A stretch of DNA of 64,000 bases from assembly GCF_009914755.1 (NCBI RefSeq), contig NC_060947.1. The stretch is one strand, 5' to 3'. The translations under genes were made by a program, and so were the position numbers. Positions within the stretch are counted from its first letter, which is position 1. Each line of letters opens with the position of its first letter. Shown in pieces: positions 14,236 through 28,130 of the stretch. Source of the stretch: the human T2T-CHM13v2.0 reference genome, Homo sapiens. The notes under the pieces are model-generated. The model was not told the origin of the DNA. It did not search any database and saw nothing but the letters and a program-made list of their open reading frames with translations.

Positions 14236-14469
14236 CGGGTTGAGTATTCCTTACTAAAATGATTGGGACCAGAAGTGTTTCAGAGTGGATTTTTTGGATT
14301 TTGAAAGATTTGCATTACACTTAACCGGTTGAGCATCCCAAATCTGAAAATCCAAAATCTGGTATTTTCCAATGGGCATTTCCTTTGAGACTTATGTTGG
14401 CACTGAAAAAGTTTATATTTTGGAACATTTTGATGATTTCAGATTTTTGAATTTGGGATGCCCAACCTG
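14236..14469. mobile_element. Tigger4a (MER46A) MITE
   Basis: TIRs cgggttgagtattcc / gggatgcccaacctg, TA TSD. Confidence 0.88.
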
Positions 14470-14514
14470 TATTCTATGTTTTAATGGGGCTTCCACGTGT
14501 ATTTTATTAGGGCC

Positions 14515-17500
14515 CAGGGTTCAGTGGGTCCCTGAACTCATCTTGTGGCTAGTTCTAGAATGCACAATTAGGATAGACATTCCTAACAGCTGGTGAAATC
14601 TCCACATTGGTTTTCTGACCTGGGGTATGAGGGCTATTAATTATATTGGAAAAGGCCAACTGGAAGGCACTAGAACTGTCTCAATCTAGGAAAATGGTAA
14701 ATACTGAATATAAAGCAATTCTGCATTCCCAGAAGGAATACAGAGATTAGTGCCACCATCAAGGACTTTAAAGATGCAGAGACGGTGGTTCTCATCACAA
14801 CCCCATTCAAGTCTCCCATTTGGCCTGTGTAGAAGACAGATGTCTCTTGGATAATGATAGTGAATTATCATAAGCTTAATTATGTGGCGACTCCAATTGC
14901 AGCTGCTCTACCAGATGTGGTTTCATTGCTTGAGCAAATTAATAAATCCCTCTGGTATCTGGTATGCAGCCACTGATCTAGCAAATGCCTTTTTCTCCAT
15001 ACCTATTCATATAACCCACCAGAGCAGCTTTCTTTCAAGTGGCAAGACCAGCAATACACCTTCACCATCCTACTTCAGGGTTACATCAACTCTGCAGCCC
15101 TATGTCATAATTTAGTTTAAAGAGAACTTGTTCACCTTTCCTTTCCATAAGGTATCATGCTGGCCCATTACGTTGATGACATTATGCTGATTGAACCTCG
15201 TGAGCAAGAAATAACAACTACTCTAGACTTATTGGTAAGACATTTGCATGTCAGGCAAGGGAAATTATTCCTCCTGAAATTCAGGGGCCTTCTATCTTAG
15301 TGAAACTTCTAGAAGTCCAGTGGTATGGGGGCATGCCAAGATATCCATTCTAAGGTGAAGGATAAATTTTTGTATCTGGTGCTTCTTACAATCCAAAATG
15401 AGGCACAACACCTAGTGGACCTCTTGATTTTGGAATCAACATATTCCGTTCCTTATTTGGGTGTGTTACTCTGGCCCATTTACCCAGTGACCTTTAAAGC
15501 AAATAGTTTTGAGTGGGGCACAGAACAGAAGCCTCTGCCACAGGTCTGGGCTGCTATGCAAGCTGCTATGCCACCTGAGCCACATGATCCAGCAGATCTA
15601 ATGGTGCTTGAAGTGGCAGTGGCAGTAGAGATGCTGTTTGAAGTTTTGGGGGAAGACCCCTATAGGTAAATCACAGCATGAGCCTTTTAGATTTTTGAGC
15701 ATGTCTTTCCATTATCCATAGATAAGTACTCTTCTTTTGAAAAACAGCTCTTGGCCTGCCACTGGGCCTTAGTGGAGACTGAATATTTAACCATGGCAAC
15801 AAAATGGTCATGTATTCTGAGCTGGCCATCATGAATTTAGTGTTATTGGACCCAATAAGTCAAAATGTTGGGAGTGCAGAGCAACTCTTCACCATCAAAT
15901 GGAAATGATATTTATGTGAATGAGCCTAAGCAGGCCCTGAGGCACAAGCAAGTTATGTGAGGAAATGACTCAAATCCTATGGTCTCTATCCAAACTGCCT
16001 GTATCCAAACTGCCTTCTCTCTCCCCCAGCTTGCACCTATGACCTCATGGCGAGTTTTCTAGCATCAGTTGACAGAGGAAGAAAAGACTTGGGCCTGGTT
16101 TACCAATGGTTTTGCACAATATGCAGGCACCACCTCAAAGGGGAAAGCTGCAGCATTATAACCCCTGTTGGGGACATCCTTGAAGGAAAATCCTCCCAAT
16201 GGACAGAACAGCAAGAAGGGCAGCTGGTTATTTACTTTGCTTGGTAGCAGAAATAGCTAGACATGTGAATATATGCCCTTCCATGGGCTGTAGCCAATGG
16301 TGTGATTAGATTATCAGGGTTTAGAAAAAAAAAAAAACATTGGTGGAAAATTGATGACAAAGAGAGATATGTGGATAGATCTTCCTGAATGGGAATACAA
16401 CATGAAACTATTTGTGTTCACTAAGTGCTCACCAAAGGGTGAGCTCAGCCTCAAAGGTGAGGACTTTACTAATCAAGTGGATAGGATGACCCATTTGCTG
16501 AGTATCAATCAGTCTTTCCCAGGCCACCCGGTCATCACCCAATGGACTCATGAACACATTGCCATGGTGGCAGAAAGGGAGGTTATTCATGGACTCAGAA
16601 ACAAGGACTTTCATTTTCCTAAGCCAATATAGCTATGGCCACTGCTGAGTGTCCAGTCTGCCAACAAAAGGGACCTGCACTGAGTCCCTGATATGGAACT
16701 ATTGCCCCAGTTGATCAGACAGTTACCTGGAAGAAGGCTGATTACATTGCCCACTTCCATAGGAAACAAACAGGGCAAGCGCTTATTTTCTTACTGGACT
16801 AGAAGCTTACTGTGGATATGGATGTGCCTTCCCTGCACACAATGCTTCTGCCAAAACTACCATTCATGGACTTATATATTGCTTCATCTGCCATCATACT
16901 ATTCTACACAGCATTGCGTCTGATCAAGGAACTCACTTCACAATAAATGAAGTGAGGCAATGGGAACAATGTTTATGAAATTCACTGTTCCTTCCACATT
17001 TTTCAGCATCCTGAAGCATCTAGCCTTGTAGAATGGTGGCATGGCCCTTTGAAAACTTTGTTAGAGCACCATCTATGTAGCAATTCCTTGCAAATCTAGA
17101 ACAAGGTTTTCCAGAAGGCTGTATGTGTTCTGAATCAGTGTCCAATATATGGTACAGTTCCTCCCATAGGCAGAATTCATGGTCCTAGTAATCCAGGAGT
17201 GAAAGTAGGAGTCGAACCACTCCGCGTCATCTCAAGCAACATACTGGCAAATGTTTTGCTTCCTATTACTGCGAATTTATGCTGTATTGGCCTAGAGATC
17301 TTAATTCAAAGGGAGGAATGCTTCTGCCGGGAGACACAATAATTACCCCATTAAACTGGAAGTTAAGATTGTTATCTGGCCACATTGAGTTCCACATACC
17401 TCTGAGTAAACACGTCAAGAAGGGAGATAGGATGTTGGCTGCGGTGATTGATCTGAACTAACAAGGGTAAATTGGACTGTTGTTATTCGACAATGGAGGT

Positions 17501-17737
17501 AATGAGGAGAATGTATGGACTACAAGAGATCTCTTAGTGCTTCTCTTAGTATTATCATGTTATTTAATTAAGATCAATAGAAAATTATAACAACCCAATT
17601 CAGCTAGGACTATGAATGGCCTAGAATTTTCAAGATTGAAGCTTTGGGTCATACAACCAGATAAAGAACCACAACCAGCTGATATTCTTTCTGAAGGTAA
17701 AGAAAATACAGAATGAGTAGTAGAAACTAGTTATAAA
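14515..17737 (+). pseudogene. pol: Degenerate ERV-L internal region (pol RT/RNaseH/IN and dUTPase); gag and 5' LTR absent
   Basis: Colinear with the HERV-L at ~53130-56360; HYVDD motif (cattacgttgatgac) at 15166; many stops and frameshifts. Confidence 0.9.
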
Positions 17738-19530
17738 TCCCATTCACAATTGCCACAAAATAAAATACCTAGGAATACAGTTAACCAGGGAGGTGAAAGA
17801 TCTCTATAATGAAAATTACAAAACACTACTCAAAGAAATCAGAGATAACACAGACAAATAGAAAAACATTCCATGCTCATGGATAGGAATAATCAATATT
17901 GTTAAAATGGCCATACTGCTCAAAGCAACTTACAGATTCAATGCTATTTCTATCAAACTACCAAATAATAAATTCTTCTTCACAGAACTAGAAAAAAAAA
18001 GTATTTAAAAATTTATATAGAACTGAAAAGGAGCCCAAATACCCAAAGCAATCTTAAGCAAGAAGAATAAAGCAGGAGGCATCACACTATCGGACTTCAA
18101 ACTGTACTACAGGGTTACAGTAACCAAAACAGCATAGTACTGATAAAAAACACACATAGACCAATGGAACAGAATAGTGAGCCTGAAAATAAGGCCACAC
18201 ATCTACACCATCTGATCTTTGACAAAACTGACAAAAACAAGCAACAAATAATAAAGGAATCCCTATTCAATAAATGGTTCTGGGATAACTGGCTAGCTAT
18301 ATGCAGAATAGTGAAACTGGATCCCTTTCTTACACCATATACAAAAATCAACCCAAGATGGGTTAAAGGCATAAATGTAAAACTCAAAACTATAAAAATC
18401 CTGGAAGATAACCTAGGTAATACCATTCTGGACATAAGCACAAGCAAAAATTTCATTACCAAGACACTAAAAGCAACTGCAAGATAAGCAAAAATTGACA
18501 AATGGGATCCAATTAAAATAAAGAGCTTCTGAACAGCAAAAGAAATTATCAAAAGAGTGAACAGACAACCTGCAGAATGGGAGAAAATTTTTGCAATCTA
18601 GCTATCTGACAAAGGTGTAATACCCAGACTCTACAAAAAAATTAAATTTACAAGAAAAAAAACAACACCATTAAAAAGTGGGAAAAGGATATGAACAGAC
18701 ACTTCTCAAAAGAAGACATTTATGCGGCCAACAAACATATTTTTAAAAAGCTCATCATCACTGGTCATTAGCAAAATGCAAATCAAAACCACAATGAGAT
18801 ACCAACACATGCCAGTTAGAATGGTGATCATTAAAAAGTAAGGAAACAACAGATGCTGGAGAGGCTGTGGAGTAATAGGAACACTTTTACACTGTTGGTG
18901 GGAGTGTAAATTAGTTCAACCATTGTGCAAGACAGACAGTGTGGTGACTCCTCAAGGATCTAGAACCAGAAATACCATTTGACCCAGCAATCCCATTATT
19001 AAGTATATACCCAAAAGATTATAAATCATTTTACTATAATGACACATGCACACATATCTTTATTGCAGCACTGTTCACAATAGCAAAGATCTGGAACGAA
19101 CCCAAATGCCCATCAATGATAGACTGGATAAAGAAAATGTGGCAAATATACACCATGGAATACTATGCAGCCATAAAAAAGAATGAGTTAATGTCCTTTG
19201 CAGGGACATGGGTGAAGCTGGAAACCATCATTCTCAGCAAACTAACACAGGAACAGAAAATCAAACGCTGCCCATGTTCTCACTCATAAGTGGGAGTTGA
19301 ACAATGAGAACATATGGGCACAGGGAGGGGAACATCACACACCAGGGCCTGTCGGGGGTGGGGGGCAAGGGGAGGGATAGCATTAGGAGAAATACCTAAT
19401 GTAGATGATGGGTTGATGGGTGCAGCAAACCACCATGGCACATGTGTACCTATGTAACAAACCTGCATATTCTGCACATGTATCCCAGAACTTAAAGTAT
19501 AATTAAAAAAAAAAAAAAGAAAGAAGAAGA
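17738..19530 (+). mobile_element. 5'-truncated L1, apparently chimeric (L1P4-type 5' part, L1PA7-type 3' part)
   Basis: ORF2 C-terminal half, 3'UTR and A-tail; no TSD seen. Confidence 0.9.
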
Positions 19531-19567
19531 ATAGGTGTATGGCTGCCAAGTTGACAATGGGTGGATG

Positions 19568-20447
19568 TGTGATGGTTAATTTTATTTGTCAGTTTGACTA
19601 GTCACAGTGTGTTTAGATTAATCATTATTTCTGGGTGTGTCTGTGAGGATGGTTTCAGGATGAGATTAGTATTTGAATCAGTGGACGCAGTAAGGTTTAT
19701 TGCCCTCTGCAATATGGGCAATAAACGTTGAGGCCTGGAATAGAACAGTAAGCCAGAGAAAGGAGCAACTAACTTTGAGTGCTTTTTGCCTGCCTGCTTC
19801 GGCTGATATAGCTCATCTCATTTTCTCTGACCCTTGGTCTGGAAATTACACCATCAATTCCCTGCATTCTCAGGCTTTGGGGCTTAGATTGAAACTTTGC
19901 CACAGGCTTTTCTGGTTCTCTAGTTTATAAATGGCAGGTCTTAGGATTTCTTACCCTGCATAATTAAGTGGGTCAATTGATCAGTATGGATAGACAGCTA
20001 GCTAGCTAGATATAGATAGATAAAAATATATATTTATCTATCTGTATATGTATATATGCATATATATTTCTCTACATATGTATATATGCATATATATTTC
20101 TCTATCTATGTATATATAGATATGCATATGTATAGATAGAAATATATATTTCTATATCTATATATACATATATAGATATAGATCTAGATAGTTTCCAACT
20201 TCATCCGTGTCCACGCAAAGGGCATGAACTCTTTCTTTTTTATGGATGCATAGTATTCCATGGTGTATATGTGCCATATATATATAGATCTATATATTTC
20301 TCTAACCATATATACATATAGATAGATAGAGATTATATATATGTATATATAGATAGAGATTATATATATCTATATAGATAGATATATATAATTCAGATTC
20401 TGTTTTTCTTTCAGGTTCTGTTTTTCCGGAGAACCTTGACTAATATG
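19568..20447 (+). mobile_element. MLT2B/C/D-type 3' LTR of the older ERV-L, with expanded TA/TAGA tract
   Basis: tgtgatggttaatttt start after PPT-like aagttgacaatgggtgga; end gagaaccttgactaatat. Confidence 0.88.
20191..20276 (-). mobile_element. 86-bp internal L1PA fragment inside the microsatellite
   Basis: Minus strand tggcacatatacaccatggaatactatgca..gaagttggaaac; no tail, no TSD. Confidence 0.9.
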
Positions 20448-21448
20448 ATAAGGACTGAAATGCAGCAGATTCAGGAAAGATGCAAAAGTAGGAACTAGAA
20501 ATAGATATAGTTGTGTATAATTTCCTCAGTAAGATAATATAGACTTAGAATAGTTGAAGTTAATTTCTAGACGTTCTTTGATTTTCAATTCATTTGCTAA
20601 TTAATAGAAGAGTAGCAATACCATTTGAAGAATGTAATATCATGTACCTACAATAATTTACACTCTTACCATGTTTATTGCTGAAGCATCCCATTTAAGG
20701 AGAGAAAAGCTAAACATATATACATTGAAAAGCTTTTTCCAGTAATATCATCCAAAATTTTAACCGTTTACCAGGTTTTTTTTTTCTAAGAATTTTAAAA
20801 GGAAAGATCAGCTAAATCACCACATTTTCTCACAATCAATCTTTTCTTGACTGAGTCCTTTGATATTTGTATCAATTGATAAAATTGACTCTTGGAACTT
20901 TGGTCATTAAAATTTGAATAAAGTTGGCAATGGGTAAATAAGTACTAATTCTTCTGTAACTCAAGAGCCTAATCAGCATGAGGTCTGAGTAATCCAGTTT
21001 TTATATTAATAGCCGTTACCCAAAAGTTGCGACGTGAGAAAATCTTTCCAAAGCCAGTGTTCAAACTCACTCACATTCCCTTGAACTATCAGAAGATTCA
21101 AATAACTCATAGTCAAAGAAAACATAAAATGTTAGTAAATTAGATTGGGGACACTGGATCTTTTAGAAAGAACACAGCATGGGTGTAAATTACTTGTGCC
21201 AAATAGTGCATCTAATAGGTACTCAGGTACCTAAATGAAGTCAGTGTTGCTCTTGAAATGTACAGTGTTTTGTGACCCAAGTCAATGGTTATCAAACATG
21301 AACAGTCATTTAGTCCGTATCTTTGTGGCTAGCTCTTTAGAAGCATGCAGAAAGTGGGGACTGTTTGCTTTTTCTTTAGCATTCAATAGGTCCTTTTAGT
21401 AAGCTTGAAAGTGCTCTAAAAAGAAACTTTATTGTAACATCATAGGCG

Positions 21449-22178
21449 TCTCACACCAGTCAGAATGAGTATTATTAAAAAGTCAAAAAATAACAGATGC
21501 TGGCAAAACTGAAGAGAAAGAGAAATGCTTATACACTGTTGGTGATAATGAAAATTAGTTCAGCCCCTGTGGAAATCAGTTTGGAGATTTTTCAACTAAA
21601 AATTGAATTGCTATTCGACTCAGCAATCCATTTACTGAGTATGTACCCAAAGGAAAAAAAAAATCATTTTACCAAAAAGACATATGCACTTGTATGCTTA
21701 TTACAGCACTATTTACACTAGCAAAGACACGGAATCCACTTAGATGCCAATTAATGGTGGACTGGATAAAGAAAACATGGCACATATACACCATGGAATA
21801 CTATGAAGCCATTAAGAAATGAAATCATTTTCGTTATCACAACATGGATGTAGCTGAAGACAGACTATCATTCTAAGCAAATTAATGCAGAAACAGAAAA
21901 TTAAATACCATGTGTTCTCACTTAGAAGAGGGAGTTAAATATCAGGCATACACTGACATAAAGATAGAAACGATAGACATCAGGAACTCTAAAAGCAGAA
22001 AAGGATGGAAGGGAGTAAGGGCCAAAAGCTTCCTATTGGGTACTATGTTCACTATCTGGGTGTTGGGATCAACAGAGGCCGAAACTTTGGTATCGTGCAA
22101 TATACTCTTGTAACAAACCTCCATATGTATCCCCTGAATCTAAGATAAAAATTAAAATTAAAAACAAACAAAAAAAAG
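21449..22178 (+). mobile_element. L1PA16/17-like 3' end
   Basis: End of ORF2 and old-type 3'UTR (..gtatcccctgaatctaa), A-rich tail. Confidence 0.85.
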
Positions 22179-22849
22179 AAGTGTGATTACAGCATTCATC
22201 CCTACTCACCAAACCACTGTCAACATCATAGGCTTCATTTTTGATAGCCACCTGACTCAGTTCACCATGTTTATTTACCACTTCATAGGTGCAAGCAGTT
22301 TTCAACAACTCATATAAGACACAAGGCCTAAGGAAGCTGAAAAACTATTATTATTAATGCATTTTCTCTAAGGTTATTTTCTCGATTGTGCAATGGGGTT
22401 AATGACTACCACTTCAGTGAGTAGCTAAGAGCAGTAACAATGCTGTACTTATTCCATTAGATTGCTAGGAGGAATAAATGAGCAAATACTCATAAAGCTT
22501 TTGGAACATTGTCTGGTACATTGCCATGCTAAATATGTGCTAGGTATTATATTAGTATCCCATTTTACAGAAAGGAATCTGAGAATCTTAAGACTTAAGA
22601 AACTAGCTCAGAATCACACAGCTTTTTAAATAGTAGGTTTAGGAAACCAATCCAGATATGCCTAACTACAAAACCTGTGTCATCTTCATTACCACAGACG
22701 TTGACAACCTTATCCAAGAAACAATTGCTTTTCTTCTTCAATATCTTTCTAGGAAAGATCGGTTGAATGAACATTGACCTGTATTTTTACATCCACAAAT
22801 CTATAGTAAGGAAAATTGTACATTCTCTGTATTATATATTTTTCACCAC

Positions 22850-23015
22850 AACCCAATGTTTTAGGAACTCTTATGGCCCTTTTTACAGATGAGAAAACTG
22901 AGGCACATAAAAATTAGATATCTTGCACAAGATCTCACAGCTGTTGTGACAAAGCTGGAATTCTACCTGAGTTTTATCTGACTCCAGGAACCACGTTTTT
23001 TATCACTTTTAACCA
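22850..23015 (-). mobile_element. MIR fragment
   Basis: MIR core ttttacagatgagaaaactgaggcac; further MIR pieces at ~22380-22700. Confidence 0.7.
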
Positions 23016-23177
23016 AAGTCTCCATCACCTTTGAATTTATTGTCTTTATATCTACTGTTTTTGGAGGTATTTGTATTCCTGAGCATCTCTCTCAAGAAAC
23101 CATGAGGGACTGGTGCATGCTCCCAGTGAAAATACAGCCCACCCTTCCACAGCAGTTTAGAACTTCAATTTCCCTCG

Positions 23178-23178
<1 letters not shown>

Positions 23179-23227
<49 letters not shown>
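23179..23227. repeat. (CA)n microsatellite
   Basis: Read directly. Confidence 0.97.
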
Positions 23228-23229
<2 letters not shown>

Positions 23230-23689
23230 TTTCCATCTCATAGATGTCTATTGTATTTATTTATTTGCTTGTTTTTGTTTTTAATCTGAATCCAACTCAG
23301 GATTAGACTTAATTATAAAAAGTTGAACAAAAGATGTCCCCTGCTTTTGGATTGGTCGTGGTCCTGTGGGATTCAAAAGCAAAACAGAAATTACTATTCT
23401 AAGAGATTTTTTCTTTCATTCTCTCTCTCCCTTTCTACACTCCCTCTCTTTCTCATATATATATAAGTGTATACACATATCCACATATAAACATATATAT
23501 ATATACACATGTAGGAATATAGGGGCACACATATAAGTACATAAATATACACACAAAAATATTTGAGTTACAAAGATCCTTGAGAGAATACTTTTTATTA
23601 TGAGTGAATCCACTCGTATCTATATACTCTGCTAGCCTTGTTGAAATACTCATAGTTTACATTTATATTTATATAACATATTTATATTT

Positions 23690-24279
23690 TATGTGTGTGT
23701 GCATGTATATATATACACATATATACACATATACACACACATACACACACACACATATACACACATATATACACATATACACATATATATACACACATAT
23801 ATACATATACACACACATATATACATATATACACACACATATACACATATATACACACATATATACATATATACATATATACACATATACACACATATAT
23901 ATACACATATACACACACATATATACACACATACACACACATATATACACATATACACACATATATACACACACATATATACACATACATACACACATAT
24001 ATACATATATACACACACATATACATACATACACACACATATATATACATATATACACACACATATACATACATGTATACACATATATACACATATACAC
24101 ACATATACACACATATATACATATATACACACATATACATATATACACGTATATACACACACGTGTATATATACGCGTGTATATACACACACGTGTATAT
24201 ATACGCGTGTGTATACACGTATATATGTACACGTGTATATATATACACGTATATATATACACGTGTATATATATACGTG

Positions 24280-24324
<45 letters not shown>
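23690..24324. repeat. ~630-bp compound (CA/TA/CG) alternating purine-pyrimidine tract ending in (TA)n
   Basis: Read directly; source of the spurious His/Thr/Tyr-rich ORFs. Confidence 0.97.
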
Positions 24325-24329
<5 letters not shown>

Positions 24330-25305
24330 TTCCTTTCTTCATTCATTGCTTATTTCCACAAATATTCACCGGACCTTCATGAAGCACTTACTAGGGCTCC
24401 AGAACTTAAGCCATTCATTCTACCTACATGTATTATGCCAGTAAGCATCTAATTCTGACAGTGGAAACCAGCCACCTTATTTCATACTAATGATATTATG
24501 TATTTATATGGACAGTGAAAGACTCTTCATGCTGTTCAAGAGATTCTGGAAAAGAGCTGTGTGCCACACTGCATTCATAGATTAAGTATTCACCATCACT
24601 ACAGTCTTTATTTGAGAAAGCCAAATGCCTTGGAGCCCACAGGTGAAAACTGTGTGTTCCTTGTTATCTGAAAATAGTGTGTCACTGCCAGAGTTAATTA
24701 CCTAAAGAGCTCCGCACAGAATCCACGTAACTGAGTCATGCTTTTCTTCTAAATTAGAACAATATAATTGTAACACGTAAAAGTAAGTCTTTTTGTATTT
24801 ACTCTAATGAGCTCACTTCTCAGTTTTGCTAGTGACATGATAAACTAATAGAAGGGTCGATATGATGTCTCTATGGTAATTATCATGCCACTTCTCCTCT
24901 CCTCCTACATTCTTCTCATGTTACATTTTAATGTGTTTCTGCTCAAGTCAATTCAATTTATCAGTAGGCAAGAGGCATGAAACAACACTGATTTGCTGTG
25001 GATCTACTTACAAGTAAACTGGAAAACTCAATTTTCAAGTTAAGTTTTCAATAAGAAAGATATACATGAGATGAACAATACTGATTTGAAAGATATCATT
25101 ATTTACAGAGATTTAATCTTATGTAAATATAAAAAAAATATTAAATGGTGCTGTGTATTTTGCACTCGCAAAATATATGTGTTTCCTTCTTGATTCATTA
25201 CAAGGGAACTTTAAGGTTATAATCTATAATACGATAAGCCATAAGTAATTACAGAATAATAAAATGTGAAGAGACCCAAGAGATACTCCAACGCAGTGAG
25301 TTTAA

Positions 25306-25386
25306 TTTTTTTTAATTTTTTTATTTTTTTGAGAAGGAGTCCCACTCTGTTGCCTAGGCTGGAGTGCAGTGGCGTGATCTTGGCTG
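25306..25386 (-). mobile_element. Strongly 5'-truncated Alu
   Basis: Poly-T plus the last ~55 bp of Alu; TSD cagtgagttt at 25294 and 25392. Confidence 0.9.
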
Positions 25387-25585
25387 AGTCACAGTGAGTT
25401 TTAAACTGGAGTGTGTATCCCTTTGTGTAGAAGATCATGAAGACGTTTGAAGGAGTACGTGGATGTGGCTAGTTCTCAGAGAATCTATTTTGTTTTCCCA
25501 CTTCCATGCATCATCTTTCTAAAATTGGTCTGCCTGGAAACATCCGGAGTACAGGCTCCAGGGAGACTCTTCTCTCTCTCTTCCC

Positions 25586-25759
25586 TTTTATTTTATTTTA
25601 TTTTATTTTATTTTATTTTATTTTATTATTATTGTACTTTAAGTTTTAGGGTACGTGTGCACAATGTGCAGGTTAGTTACATATGTATACATGTGCTATG
25701 CTGGTGTGCTGCACCCATTAACTCGTCATTTAGCATTGAGATATACCTAGTGCTAAATG
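25586..25759 (-). mobile_element. Very short young L1PA 3' end with a 22-bp fold-back
   Basis: (TTTTA)n tail, antisense 3'UTR to 25737, then sense gagatatacctagtgctaaatg. Confidence 0.9.
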
Positions 25760-26778
25760 GCAATGTTTTCAAGTCGCCCCTAATATCACAATACGGGGTA
25801 TTGCCCTTAGGAAGAAAAACCTCCAAGGCACTAAACACAGGTTCAACAGGAAACACTATTAGTCACTATTGAGAATGTGAGTGAAACTACCACTAGGTTA
25901 CGTATTCTTTGCAATTCATGTGGTTTCCAACGCTTTCCTTTCAACCACGTTGAAGAAGGACCTAAGACAAATAAGAGCTGATAAATTTTAATATATAAGT
26001 CAGAAGGAGTTTAAATGAGTGAGAAACATTACTAAAATAAAACTCCTTTCTAATCTTATATTTTACACAAATAGGTTTCTAGTCTTAACATATATGCAAC
26101 ACACATACACATAAATTGTTTGATAATAAATTCAACTAGAGCACAAAATAATATTTATCCATGGACATATAAACTCATTGAAAAATTATTCTTATCCAAC
26201 TCATTTAAGAAATAGATTGTACATAAATATTAATTTTATGTTTTATTTCTTTTATTCAAATGTGTAATGTGTTTTATTTTGATCAATGGTATACTACAAA
26301 ATAAATGTGATCATAATTCAATCTTGAATGATTTTTTAACCCATAGGAAAGTATGGTAACTGAAAATTATTTATTTTAAAATGAATGTTATATGTATGTC
26401 ATTAAAATACATATTTAATACGGATATATTTTATACCAAAGAAATATGATCTGATGTTCAATTAAAGGCTTAACTATAAATATTAAATAGTATAAAATTA
26501 TGTGGGGATGACTATATGGATTACAAGACAAAAAGAAACAATGTTAAATTCCTGACTTTTAATACAGATTGCTCATGTACTTTTTAAAAGATAATGTGTG
26601 TATTCAATTGTTTTGTTTTGATATATAGATACTATTGATGCATTTAAAAAGATAAAATATTTTATTTTTAAAATTTGATATATCAATATGCTTTAAAGTA
26701 TGTCCTTTCTCATCATGTAAACAAACATATACTGAAAAGTGTTTGTTTGTTAGCTTGTAATTTATAAGTGAAGGAGTA

Positions 26779-28130
26779 TTTTTTAATGATCGCCATTCTA
26801 ACTGGTGTGAGACGGTATCTCATTGTGGTTTTGATTTGCATTTCTCTGATGGCCAGTGATGATGAGCATTTTTTCATGTGTTTTTTGGCTGCATAAATGT
26901 CTTCTTTTGAGAAGTGTCTGTTCATATCCTTCACCCACTTTTTGATGGGGTTGTTTCCTTCTTGTAAATTTGTTTGAGTTCATTGTAGATTCTGGGTATT
27001 AGCCCTTTGTCAGATGAGTAGGTTGCAAAAATTTTCTCCCATTCTGTAGGTTGCCTGTTCACTCTGATGGTAGTTTCTTTTGCTGTGCAGAAGCTCTTTA
27101 GTTTAATTAGATCCCGTTTGTCAATTTTGGCTTTTGTTGTCATTGCTTTTGGTGTTTTAGACATGAAGTCCTTGCCCATGCCTATGTCCTGAATGGTAAT
27201 GCCTAGGTTTTCTTCTAGGGTTTTTATGGCTTTAGGTCTAACATTTACGTCTTTAATCCATCTTGAATTAGTTTTTGTATAAGATGTAAGGAAGGGATCC
27301 AGTTTCAGCTTTCTACATATGGCTAGCCAGTTTTCCCAGCTCCATTTATTAAATAGGGAATCGTTTCCCCATTGCTTGTTTTTGTCAGGTTTGTCAAAGA
27401 TCAGATAGTTGTAGATATGTGGCATTAAAAAGTCAGGAAACAACAGGTGCTGGAGAGGATGTGGAGAAATAGGAACACTTTTAGACTGTTGGTGGGACTC
27501 TAAACTATTTCAACCATTGTGGAAGTCAGTGTGGCGATTCCTCAGGGATCTAGAACTAGAAATACCATTTGACCCAGCCATCCCATTACTGGGTATATAC
27601 CCAAAGGATTATAAATCATGCTGCTATAAAGACACATGCACACGTATGTTTATAGCAGCACTATTCACAATAGCAAAGACTTGGAACCAACCTAAATGTC
27701 CAACAACGATAGACTAGACTGGATTAAGAAAATGTGGCACATGTACACCATGGAATACTATGCAGCCATAAAAAATGATGAGTTCATGTCCTTTGTAGGG
27801 ACATGGATGAAACTGGAAACCATCATTCTCAGCAAACTATCGCAAAGACAAAAAACCAAACACTGCATGTTCTCACTCATAGCTGGGAATTGAACAATGA
27901 GAACACATGGACACAGGAAGGGGAACATCACACACTGGGGACTGTTGTGGGGTGGGGGGAGGGGGGAGGGATAGCATTAGGAGATATACCTAATGCTAAA
28001 TGACGAGTTAATGGATGCAGCACACCAACATGGCACATGTATACATATGTAACAAACCTGCACATTGTGCACATGTACCCTAAAACTTAAAGTATAAAAT
28101 AATAATAAAATTTAAAAAAAAAGAAAAAAA
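26779..28130 (+). mobile_element. L1PA3/4-like element with 5' inversion (inverted 26779-~27425, forward ~27425-28130)
   Basis: TSD aagtgaaggagta at 26766 and 28131; strand switch at catta 27423-27427. Confidence 0.95.

Noticed and set aside
23529-23543. acatataagtacata shared with ~41279-41293
   Set aside because: A 15-bp low-complexity match, too short to call a templated copy.
23604-24444. Six overlapping 188-249 aa ORFs (similar sets at 36840, 48498-49135 and 57042-57397)
   Set aside because: Stop-free translation of dinucleotide repeats; no coding signal.
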